This document shows, in pieces, positions 52,614 through 60,349 of a DNA stretch of 64,000 bases. Below the pieces are notes generated by a model. The model ran no database searches. It saw only the letters and a list, made by a program, of their open reading frames with translations, and was not told the origin of the DNA. The number at the start of each line of letters is the position of its first letter. The first letter of the stretch is position 1. Source of the DNA: Acidimicrobiia bacterium (GTDB lineage: Bacteria; Actinomycetota; Acidimicrobiia; IMCC26256; JAMXLJ01); NCBI GenBank assembly GCA_036558745.1, contig DATBEZ010000031.1, positions 23,454-87,453 on the forward strand, in the 5' to 3' direction. Both the position numbers and the translations under genes were made by a program.

Positions 52614-53594
52614 ATGTCGTCGACGGACGTGATCGACGTCGCCGAGGACAAGATCGACATCCGGGTCACCCGCTCGAAGGGCGACCGCGTGTACCGCGGT
52701 GTCGTCCGTTCGGCCGGGAGCTTCACGTTCGTCGTGATGGTCCTGATCGGCACGTTCCTCCTGATCCAGGCCTGGCCCGCGCTGCGCGACGCGCGGTGGA
52801 GCTTCCTCACCGAGGCGAAGTGGAACCCAGACGGTCATCAGTTCGGCATCGCCTCGCTCATCATGTTGACGTTCGAGATCGCGGTCGTCGCGCTCGCCAT
52901 CGCCGTGCCCATCGCTGTTGGCGCCGCGCTCTACATCACCGAGTACTCGCCGCGGGTCCTGCGACGCCCGCTCACGTCGCTCATCGATCTCCTCGCCGCG
53001 GTCCCGAGCATCATCTACGGGCTCTGGGGCCGGGCGTTCCTCCAACCACGCCTGATCCCGCTGAGCGAGTGGCTCGGCACCCACCTCGCGTTCATCCCGA
53101 TCTTCAAGGTCACCGACAAGAACACCAACTTCGCGGCGTCGACGTTCATCGCCGGCGTCGTCGTGTCGCTCATGACCGTCCCGCTCGTGACCGCGATCAT
53201 CCGCGAGGTCTTCTCCCAGGCACCGCCCGGGGAGAAGGAAGGTGCACTCGCGCTGGGCGGGACGAAGTGGGGGATGATCCGCACCGTCGTGCTGCCCTTC
53301 GGCCGTGGCGGCATCATCGGCGGCTCGATGCTCGGTCTGGGACGCGCGCTGGGCGAGACCATCGCGGTCGCCCTCATCATCTCGCCCATCTACTCCAAGA
53401 GCGTCCACATCCTGAACGGCGGCGGGAACTCGATCGCGGCACAGATCGCGAACAGCTTCAGCGAGTCGTCACCGTTCGGGAAGAACGCGCTCATGGCCGC
53501 GGGGCTCGCCCTGTTCGCGGTGACGTTGATCGTGAACGCGCTCGCGTCGGCCGTGGTCGCGCGGTCGCGCTCGGGCCAGGCGACGGAGATCTGA
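52614..53594 (+). CDS. pstC: phosphate ABC transporter permease PstC
   Basis: ATG 52614 has GGGGAGG upstream. The EAA-loop region reads SQAPPGEKEGALALGGTKWGMIRTVVLPFGRGGIIGG. Six TM helices. First gene of a pstC-pstA-pstB run. Confidence 0.9.
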   Translation: MSSTDVIDVAEDKIDIRVTRSKGDRVYRGVVRSAGSFTFVVMVLIGTFLLIQAWPALRDARWSFLTEAKWNPDGHQFGIASLIMLTFEIAVVALAIAVPIAVGAALYITEYSPRVLRRPLTSLIDLLAAVPSIIYGLWGRAFLQPRLIPLSEWLGTHLAFIPIFKVTDKNTNFAASTFIAGVVVSLMTVPLVTAIIREVFSQAPPGEKEGALALGGTKWGMIRTVVLPFGRGGIIGGSMLGLGRALGETIAVALIISPIYSKSVHILNGGGNSIAAQIANSFSESSPFGKNALMAAGLALFAVTLIVNALASAVVARSRSGQATEI

Positions 53595-53595
53595 C

Positions 53596-54732
53596 GTGAC
53601 CGCCACGCTCGAGCCGCCCGTCGCCGACGTCACCGAGAAACTGGTCCCGGAAGCGCCGCTCCGACTGCGCCGCTTCGACCAGGCCGACATCGGCCGCCTC
53701 GCGGGTGCCGCGGTCGCCGCGTTCTGCCTCGACTGGCTGGTCTACGAGCGGCTCACGCCGCTGAGCGGCGGTCTCGGGTTCTGGGTGTGCTGGTACGTCG
53801 CGTTCCTCGCGATCTACGGGTTCATGGTGCGCGACGCGCGAGGGTCGGTCGCGGCGAGGGACCGCGTCGCCGCCGTGGTGATGACGACCGCGGGGCTCGG
53901 GCTCGTCGTGCCGCTGTCGTTCATCCTGGGCTACGTCGTCTTCAAGGGCTACCACGCGCTCCGGTTCCACTTCCTCTGGGAGAACCAGGCCGAGGTCGGG
54001 CCGCTCAGCAAGGCCACCGCGGGCGGCGCCGGGCACGCGATCGTCGGAACCTTGGAGCAGGTCGGCCTCGCGACGCTCATCTGCGTACCTCTCGGCGTGC
54101 TGAGCGCGTTCTTCCTCAACGAGGTCGGGGGCCGGCTGGCCCGCCCGCTGCGCACCGTCGTCGACGCGATGAGCGCGGTGCCCTCCATCCTCTGCGGCCT
54201 GTTCGTCTACGCGGCGTGGATCATCGCGTTCCACCAGGAGTTCTCCGGGTTCGCCGCCGCACTCGCGTTGTCGGTGCTCATGCTGCCCACGGTGACGCGC
54301 GCGACCGAGGTCGTGCTCCGGCTCGTGCCGGGCGGTTTGCGCGAGGGCGCGCTGGCCCTCGGCGGGGAGGAACGGCGCGTCGCGCGCATGGTCGTGCTGC
54401 CGACCGCGCGCATCGGCATCGTCACGGGCGTCATCCTCGGCATCGCCCGCGTCGTCGGCGAGACCGCACCGCTGTTCTTCACCGCGTTCGGCTCGAACTC
54501 GATGAACTGGAACCCCTTCAGCGGCCCGCAATCGTCGCTGACGCTCTTCACCTGGACGTACATCCGTTCGTCGCAGGCCGCCGACATCGCGCGCGCGTGG
54601 ACGGCCGCGTTCGTCCTCACCGTCCTGGTGCTGATCCTCTTCGTGATCGCCCGGATCATCGGCGGGCGGCGGATCGGCGAGATCGGGTTCCTCCGGCGCG
54701 TGATCCAGAACAGAAGGAGTGCGTCCGAATGA
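53596..54732 (+). CDS. pstA: phosphate ABC transporter permease PstA
   Basis: 378 aa. The loop LVPGGLREGALALGGEERRVARMVVLPTARIGIVTG and the ending VGETAPLFFTAFG are typical of PstA. Confidence 0.9.
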   Translation: MTATLEPPVADVTEKLVPEAPLRLRRFDQADIGRLAGAAVAAFCLDWLVYERLTPLSGGLGFWVCWYVAFLAIYGFMVRDARGSVAARDRVAAVVMTTAGLGLVVPLSFILGYVVFKGYHALRFHFLWENQAEVGPLSKATAGGAGHAIVGTLEQVGLATLICVPLGVLSAFFLNEVGGRLARPLRTVVDAMSAVPSILCGLFVYAAWIIAFHQEFSGFAAALALSVLMLPTVTRATEVVLRLVPGGLREGALALGGEERRVARMVVLPTARIGIVTGVILGIARVVGETAPLFFTAFGSNSMNWNPFSGPQSSLTLFTWTYIRSSQAADIARAWTAAFVLTVLVLILFVIARIIGGRRIGEIGFLRRVIQNRRSASE

Positions 54733-55562
54733 CGACGGTCGCGACTGGCTTCGACGGCCAGACCCAGGTCATCGACCTCACGCGCGCGCCGGCCACGATG
54801 CAGGCCCGGAACGTGAGCGCGTGGTTCGGGAACCACAAGGTGCTCGACCGGGTCTCGATCGACATCCCCGCACAGCAGGTGACCGCGCTCATCGGCCCGT
54901 CGGGGTGTGGGAAGTCGACATTCCTGCGCATCCTCAACCGCATGCACGAGCTGGTGCCGAGCGCGGCGCTCGCGGGCACGGTCGAGCTCGACGGCGAGGA
55001 CATCTACCGGGGCCCGAAGTCGGCGACCGAGACCCGGCGCGAGATCGGGATGGTGTTCCAGAAGCCCAACCCGTTCCCCGCGATGACGATCGCCGACAAC
55101 GTCCTGTCTGGGCTCCGCCTCTCGGGTCTGCGACCACGGGGCCGCAAGTCGGACGCGATCGTCGAGGCGTGCCTCGAGCGCGCCGGTCTGTGGAACGAGG
55201 TCAAGAACCGGCTGCACGCACCGGGTGGCGCGCTGTCCGGTGGTCAGCAGCAGCGCCTGTGCATCGCGCGCGCCCTCGCGGTGCAACCGCGCGTGCTCCT
55301 CATGGACGAACCGTGCTCCGCGCTCGATCCGACGTCGACCAACCGCATCGAGCAGACGATCGCGGACATCGCCGAGGACGTGACGATCGTGATCGTCACC
55401 CACAACATGCAGCAGGCCCAGCGGGTGTCGCACCAGTGCGCCTTCTTCCTCGCGAGCGACCAGACACCGGGCGTGATCGTCGAGGCCGGCCCCACCCAGA
55501 AGATCTTCGAAGCGGCGGACGATCCACGGACTCGTGACTACGCGCACGGGCGCTTCGGCTAG
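54729..55562 (+). CDS. pstB: phosphate ABC transporter ATP-binding protein PstB
   Basis: 277 aa from ATG 54729 (ATGA overlap, AGGAG upstream): GPSGCGKSTFLR, IGMVFQKPNPFP, LSGGQQQRLCIARALA, LLMDEPCSALDP, IVIVTHNMQQAQRVS. Confidence 0.95.
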   Translation: MTTVATGFDGQTQVIDLTRAPATMQARNVSAWFGNHKVLDRVSIDIPAQQVTALIGPSGCGKSTFLRILNRMHELVPSAALAGTVELDGEDIYRGPKSATETRREIGMVFQKPNPFPAMTIADNVLSGLRLSGLRPRGRKSDAIVEACLERAGLWNEVKNRLHAPGGALSGGQQQRLCIARALAVQPRVLLMDEPCSALDPTSTNRIEQTIADIAEDVTIVIVTHNMQQAQRVSHQCAFFLASDQTPGVIVEAGPTQKIFEAADDPRTRDYAHGRFG

Positions 55563-55580
55563 TCCGGGAGGACACACACC

Positions 55581-57125
55581 ATGAGACGAGTGGCCGTCGC
55601 GACGATCGTCGGCGTGATCGCCGCCGCGAGCCTGATCGGGGGACCGGTCCCGAACGCGGTGGCGACCGGTGCCGCGATCAAGGGCGCGGGCTCGACGTGG
55701 AGCCAGATCGCGATCCGCCAATGGACCCAGGACGTGGCCAAGAACGGGCTGTCCGTGTTCTACGGCGGCGGCGGTTCGTCGGCCGGCCGCGAGTTCTACA
55801 TGGACGCGACCGTCGACTTCGCGGTGTCCGAGGTCCCGTTCCAGCCCGTCAGCTACGACCGGCTCGGCAACAAGCTGCCCGACGAGATCAGCCGCGCCGC
55901 GCAGCGTCCGTACGCGTACATGCCGATCGTCGCGGGCGGGACGTCGTTCATGTACCACCTCGACGTCAACGGCAGGCGGATCACCGACCTCCATCTGTCG
56001 GGCCGCACGATCGCGAAGATCTTCACCGGCAAGATCACGAACTGGAACGACCCTGCGATCACGGCCGACGACGGTCGTCATTTCCCGTCGTTGCCGATCC
56101 ATCCGATCGTGCGCTCCGACGGCTCGGGGACCTCGGCCCAGTTCACCCTCTACATGCTCAAGATGTTCCCCGACATCTGGAACCCTTTCTGCACCAGGTA
56201 CACGAACCTTCCGGCTCCATGCCCGCTCCAGTCGTTGTATCCGTACTTCCCCGGGAGCCAGGCCCAGAACGGCTCCGACGGCGTGTCCGCGTTCGTCGCC
56301 GCGCCCTACAACAACGGCGCCATCACCTACGTCGAGTACGGCTACGCCCTCGCGCAGCGCTTCCCGGTCGTGTCGGTGGAGAACCAGGCCGGCTACTTCC
56401 GCCAGCCGACGGCCGAGAACGTCGCCATCGCGCTGACGAAGGCCCGCTTGAATCCGGACCGCACCCAGGTGCTCGACGACGTGTACACGAACCCCGATCC
56501 GCGGGCGTACCCGATCTCGAGCTACAGCTACATGATCGTGCCGATCAGCGACGCGGCACCCATGAACCCGGCGAAGGGCGCGACGCTCGGGCAGTTCATC
56601 CTCTACTTCCTCTGCACGGGGCAGCAGAAGGCGAAACCGCTCGGCTACTCGCCGCTGCCGGCGAATCTCGTCGGGTTCGGCTTCGACGCGGAGGGCCGCA
56701 TACCCGGCGCACCCAAACCACCACCGGTCGACGCGGCCCACTGTGCGAACCCGACGATCACCGGTGCATTCGGCTTCGGCAGCGTCCCGGACCCGCCCGC
56801 CAGCGACAAGGCGGGCGCGGTGCGTCCCGGCATCACCGGCACGAACGGGAGCGGGTCGAGCGCCGACAGCGGGTCGGGCGCGGGTGCGGCCGACGCGAAC
56901 CTGCAGGCGGCCGACGCGGGCGCGAACGCGAACGCAGCCGGCGCCGCCGACGGCAGCACGTCCGGCACCGGGGGGAGCACCAACTCGCTGCAGGCGACGC
57001 CAGTCGCCACGAAGAACCCGGGCGACGACGTCCCGCTCGGCATCTACATCGCGGTCGCGCTGGTGGTCGTGCTCGCGCTGTTCGTGCCGCCCGGCCTCTA
57101 CCTCCTGCTCCGCAAGCGCGAGTGA
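55581..57125 (+). CDS. pstS: PstS-family phosphate-binding protein with C-terminal linker and TM anchor
   Basis: 514 aa with a signal peptide but no lipobox Cys. PstS motifs are GAGSTWSQ, YGGGGSSAGREF..VDFAVSEVP and VRSDGSGTSAQFT. The C-terminus is an A/G/S/D/N-rich stretch, then PLGIYIAVALVVVLALFVPPGLYLLL RKRE. Confidence 0.85.
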   Translation: MRRVAVATIVGVIAAASLIGGPVPNAVATGAAIKGAGSTWSQIAIRQWTQDVAKNGLSVFYGGGGSSAGREFYMDATVDFAVSEVPFQPVSYDRLGNKLPDEISRAAQRPYAYMPIVAGGTSFMYHLDVNGRRITDLHLSGRTIAKIFTGKITNWNDPAITADDGRHFPSLPIHPIVRSDGSGTSAQFTLYMLKMFPDIWNPFCTRYTNLPAPCPLQSLYPYFPGSQAQNGSDGVSAFVAAPYNNGAITYVEYGYALAQRFPVVSVENQAGYFRQPTAENVAIALTKARLNPDRTQVLDDVYTNPDPRAYPISSYSYMIVPISDAAPMNPAKGATLGQFILYFLCTGQQKAKPLGYSPLPANLVGFGFDAEGRIPGAPKPPPVDAAHCANPTITGAFGFGSVPDPPASDKAGAVRPGITGTNGSGSSADSGSGAGAADANLQAADAGANANAAGAADGSTSGTGGSTNSLQATPVATKNPGDDVPLGIYIAVALVVVLALFVPPGLYLLLRKRE

Positions 57126-57141
57126 CGCGCGGAGGTTCAGC

Positions 57142-57453
57142 TCAGCCCTGGCCTCCGGTGTAGTGATCGGAGGGTTGCTGCGTGACGGGCTGGCGGGTGT
57201 GCACGCGGTTGCGCAGCCACACGTATGTGCGGTCGAGCGGGTCGAAGCGCCACGGGATCACCGTCAGGTGCACGACGAGGTAGAGGATCACCGGCACGAC
57301 GATCCACACGGTCGAGCGTTGGTGGAACCATCGCCGAACCGAGTCGGTCATCGTCTCGCCGCCGAGCGCGGTCGCGGTCACATCGAACGCGACGACGAGC
57401 GCGAGCAGCGCGACCCAACCGTGCCATCCCTTGCTGACGAACCAGCGCACCAT
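57142..57453 (-). CDS. small hypothetical membrane protein (2 TM)
   Basis: 103 aa: GWHGWVALLALVVAFDVTA and STVWIVVPVILYLVVHLTVIPW. Composition is coding-like. No family recognised. Confidence 0.5.
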   Translation of the reverse strand: MVRWFVSKGWHGWVALLALVVAFDVTATALGGETMTDSVRRWFHQRSTVWIVVPVILYLVVHLTVIPWRFDPLDRTYVWLRNRVHTRQPVTQQPSDHYTGGQG

Positions 57454-57577
57454 GGCGGGGACCGTACGTCGCTCCGCCCGCGTGACGCGCGGTCGCTCCC
57501 CGCGACTTCACCTCCCGTTCGCCGCGACGTCGGCCGCGCGACGCGAACGCGCCCACGTCCGCGTCGCGTTGTTGCGC

Positions 57578-57874
57578 TCAGGCCCTACGGAGCGCGCCGC
57601 GGGAGCGCCGGCGCGAGACCACGAGCAACGCGGTCCCGGGAACCAGCACCGCAGCCGCGAAGCCGAGCAACAACACGACGTCACCACCGGTGAAGGGAAG
57701 TGACGAGCCCGAGGTCGTGCCGTGCGGCGCGGGAGTCGTCTCGGTGGTGCCCAGCACCACCGCGGTGCTCGGCGGGGTGGGGCCCGGATAGTTCGTCGCG
57801 GCCGAGGCCCGCGACACGCCGACGAGCGTCAGCAGCACCCACGGGGCCAGGACCAGCACGAGCAGTCGACGCAT
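57578..57874 (-). CDS. small secreted LPXTG-motif cell-wall-anchor protein
   Basis: 98 aa from ATG 57874 (GGAAGG 8 nt upstream). The signal peptide is MRRLLVLVLAPWVLLTLVGVSRASA. The C-terminal sorting signal is LPFTGG + VVLLLGFAAAVLVPGTALLVV + SRRRSR. Confidence 0.7.
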   Translation of the reverse strand: MRRLLVLVLAPWVLLTLVGVSRASAATNYPGPTPPSTAVVLGTTETTPAPHGTTSGSSLPFTGGDVVLLLGFAAAVLVPGTALLVVSRRRSRGALRRA

Positions 57875-57974
57875 TGCGACCACCTTCCGAGTCCGTCGCT
57901 CTTCCCGGACCTCCATGATCGGCCCGCGCGCGCGGTCGCACCATGGGTCGCGCGACCCATTTCGCAGGGGTAGC

Positions 57975-58454
57975 TCAGGACGCGGGCCGGTAGGGCGCGA
58001 CCACCTCGCTGCGCCACGTCGCCGGGTCGGGGCTCGCCTGCGGATCGCTCAGGTAGCGCTCGAAGGGTTCGCCGTTCGCAGTTGCGCCCTGCGCTTCGAT
58101 CCACGCGTGCAGCGCGTCGTACGCGGGTGCGATCGCGTCGTACGGTCCGACGTGCACGGTCACCGCGGCGGGACCCTCGGGGAGGTCGGACGGCTCCACG
58201 TCACCCTCACCCGCGACGGGCGTGATGGCGGGGTAGCCCGCCTCGACCTCCAGGCGGCCGTCGTCCAGGCGGTGGTACCGCGCGAACGGCGGACCGGCGG
58301 GCCCCGCGCCCCATCGCGTGAGGTAGCGCGCGACGTCGGCGAACGCGTTCCCCAACCATGCGGGCAGCTCGTCGGCCGTCACCGTGCCGAACACGACGGC
58401 GGTCTGCTCCTCGGAGAGCGTGCGCGCCTCGATCCCGTACGTCTGCGTCGTCAT
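57975..58454 (-). CDS. GyrI-like small-molecule-binding domain protein
   Basis: 159 aa: ...GPPFARYH...VEAGYP...VTVHVGPYD.I..AYDALHAWIEAQG....GEPFERYLSDP, the characteristic duplicated GyrI-like/SOUL pattern. Confidence 0.8.
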   Translation of the reverse strand: MTTQTYGIEARTLSEEQTAVVFGTVTADELPAWLGNAFADVARYLTRWGAGPAGPPFARYHRLDDGRLEVEAGYPAITPVAGEGDVEPSDLPEGPAAVTVHVGPYDAIAPAYDALHAWIEAQGATANGEPFERYLSDPQASPDPATWRSEVVAPYRPAS

Positions 58455-58602
58455 GGCGTGATTCTCCGGATCGGGGCGCGGCGACGACAGGGACGAACGT
58501 CACGTGTCATCCGGCGCCACTCGTGTGACGAATCAGCACCGTCCGGGCGCCGTGGCGCACGATCTGGAATGCTTCGCGCCGGGAACGGGCGACGCGCGAC
58601 CC

Positions 58603-58646
58603 GAACCGAAGCCCGACGTGAACCGAAGCGCGGCGTGAACCGAGGA
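58603..58646 (+). repeat. about 2.6 tandem copies of a 17-bp direct repeat (GAACCGAAGCNNGNCGT) ending in the RBS of the sulfotransferase gene
   Basis: Read directly. Copies start at 58603, 58620 and 58637. Copies 1 and 2 match at 15 of 17 positions. The third decays into GAGGAGGAGGA just before GTG 58656. Confidence 0.8.
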
Positions 58647-58655
58647 GGAGGAACG

Positions 58656-59282
58656 GTGGCACCACGACTGGTCGGCGCCGGTCTCGGACGGACCGGGACC
58701 CACTCGCTGAAGCTGGCCCTCGAACGCCTGCTCGACGCGCCCTGTTACCACATGATCGAGGTCTTCGGACGCCCCGACGACATCCCCGTCTGGCACGCGG
58801 CGGTGCAGGGCCAGATGCCGGACTGGTCCGTGTTCCTCGCAGACTACGGCGCCGCGGTCGACTGGCCCGTCGCCGCGTTCTGGCGTGAGCTCGCGGATGC
58901 ATTCCCGGACGCGGTCGTCCTGCTGTCGGTTCGCAATGCGGACGCGTGGTGGAAGAGCGCGAACGCCACCATCTTCGAGATCACGCGTCGTGAAGCGCCG
59001 CCCGATCCCACGGCCGCCGCGCAGCTCGCCATGGCGACCGACATGCTGACCGACCGCTTCACGCCGCGCTGGTACGACGAGTCGGAGGCGAAGGCCGCCT
59101 ACGAGGCTCACAACGCCGAAGTGCGCGCGACCATCCCGGCGACGCGTCTCCTCGAATGGCGTCCGGGCGACGGTTGGGAACCGATCTGCACGGCCTTGGG
59201 CGTGGCCGTGCCCGACGAGCCGTTCCCCCACGTCAACACCACGGAGGAATTCCGCACGATGGTGGGGTTGGACGCGGGCTGA
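58656..59282 (+). CDS. sulfotransferase-family protein (P-loop PAPS-binding type)
   Basis: 208 aa from GTG 58656 (GAGGAGGAGGA RBS). The N-terminus is RLVGAGLGRTGTHSLKLAL (5'-PSB-like loop), then VVLLSVRNADAWWKS (3'-PB-like). The rest of ORF 57915..59282 is non-coding. Confidence 0.7.
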   Translation: MAPRLVGAGLGRTGTHSLKLALERLLDAPCYHMIEVFGRPDDIPVWHAAVQGQMPDWSVFLADYGAAVDWPVAAFWRELADAFPDAVVLLSVRNADAWWKSANATIFEITRREAPPDPTAAAQLAMATDMLTDRFTPRWYDESEAKAAYEAHNAEVRATIPATRLLEWRPGDGWEPICTALGVAVPDEPFPHVNTTEEFRTMVGLDAG

Positions 59283-59294
59283 GCCCGCGTCCGA

Positions 59295-59654
59295 TCACGC
59301 GCGGGCGGCGACCGGGCCCGTCGTGGACTCGGCGATCGGCTCGACGACCGGCCCGGCTTCGTCGGGCGCGAGCCGACGCCGCAGCTGCGACTCGAAGCGG
59401 TCGAGCGCGGACATCGCGCTGCTCGCGGCCACGCGCGAGCGCACGGCGAGCTTTCCGACCTCGATGGTCAGGTCGACGAGCACGTCGCCCCCGTCCTCGA
59501 GCGGGACGATCTGCACCTCCGCCCGCGCGATCGGGCGACCGGTCGCGCGACTGACCTGACGGAGCTTCTCCCTGACGTAGGCCGCGGTCAGCGCGTCCTC
59601 CGCGCCCACGACCACGATGTGCGCCTCGTGGGCCGCGCCGAGTTCCCCTCTCAT
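59295..59654 (-). CDS. HPF/RaiA (S30EA)-like ribosome-associated protein
   Basis: 119 aa from ATG 59654 (GAGGAG 4 nt upstream). The beta-alpha-beta-beta-beta-alpha pattern is comparable to RaiA: IVVVGAEDALTAAYVREKLRQV...VQIV...VDLTIEVGKLAVRS...AMSALDRFESQLRRRL. The assignment is by pattern only. Confidence 0.5.
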   Translation of the reverse strand: MRGELGAAHEAHIVVVGAEDALTAAYVREKLRQVSRATGRPIARAEVQIVPLEDGGDVLVDLTIEVGKLAVRSRVAASSAMSALDRFESQLRRRLAPDEAGPVVEPIAESTTGPVAARA

Positions 59655-59856
59655 GACACTCCTCTCGGTGCCGCGGTCATCATCCGCCGTGACGGATCGC
59701 GCGGCGAGAGCCACACTCCCCACGGAAGCCGGGACGAAGGTCACGAGGACGCCGCGAACCGGGCGAAGGAGGGACAGGGAGCCGACACCGAGTGTTCACC
59801 CGCGCTCAAGCCCGTCGTGACGGCCCCGTCGACGCCCGTCGTTAGCGTCGCCACGG

Positions 59857-60156
59857 ATGACCGGCGTGCAGCTGACCGGTTGGCGGGAGCGGGCGAAGTG
59901 CGCCGGCCTCGACACCGAGCTCTTCTATCCCGAGCCCGCGACCGGCGCGGCGAAGCGCGCGGCCAAGGACGTGTGCGCGCACTGCGACGTGCGGCTCGAG
60001 TGCCTACTCGACGCCCTCGCGACGAGCGAGCAGTTCGGGATCCGCGGCGGTCTGACCGCGCGCGAACGCCGCACGATGACCCGGCGTCTCCGGGAGCAGC
60101 ACGGCGGCGTCGCGACGGGCCCGCGCGTCGCGACGCCGCTGCGCCTCGCGACATGA
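59857..60156 (+). CDS. WhiB-family (Wbl) [4Fe-4S] transcription factor
   Basis: 99 aa with four Cys arranged as AKCAG...CAHCDVRLEC, followed by GIRGGLTARERR (G[V/I]WGG-like turn plus basic tail). Confidence 0.9.
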   Translation: MTGVQLTGWRERAKCAGLDTELFYPEPATGAAKRAAKDVCAHCDVRLECLLDALATSEQFGIRGGLTARERRTMTRRLREQHGGVATGPRVATPLRLAT

Positions 60157-60349
60157 CCTGATCCTGAGCACAAGGTCCCTCGGGCCTGCGCCTTTGTGCA
60201 CTGTGTCGCTGCCCGTCGCGCGGGCGACGATCGTGATCGAGTCCCGGGGGGTCACGGGCAGCAGCGACAATCCTGAGCACGCGGGACGTGTGCGGAGCGC
60301 CGCGCCGCCCGTACCACCGCCGGTGGAGGAGCCGAGCGGAGGTGGGGCG

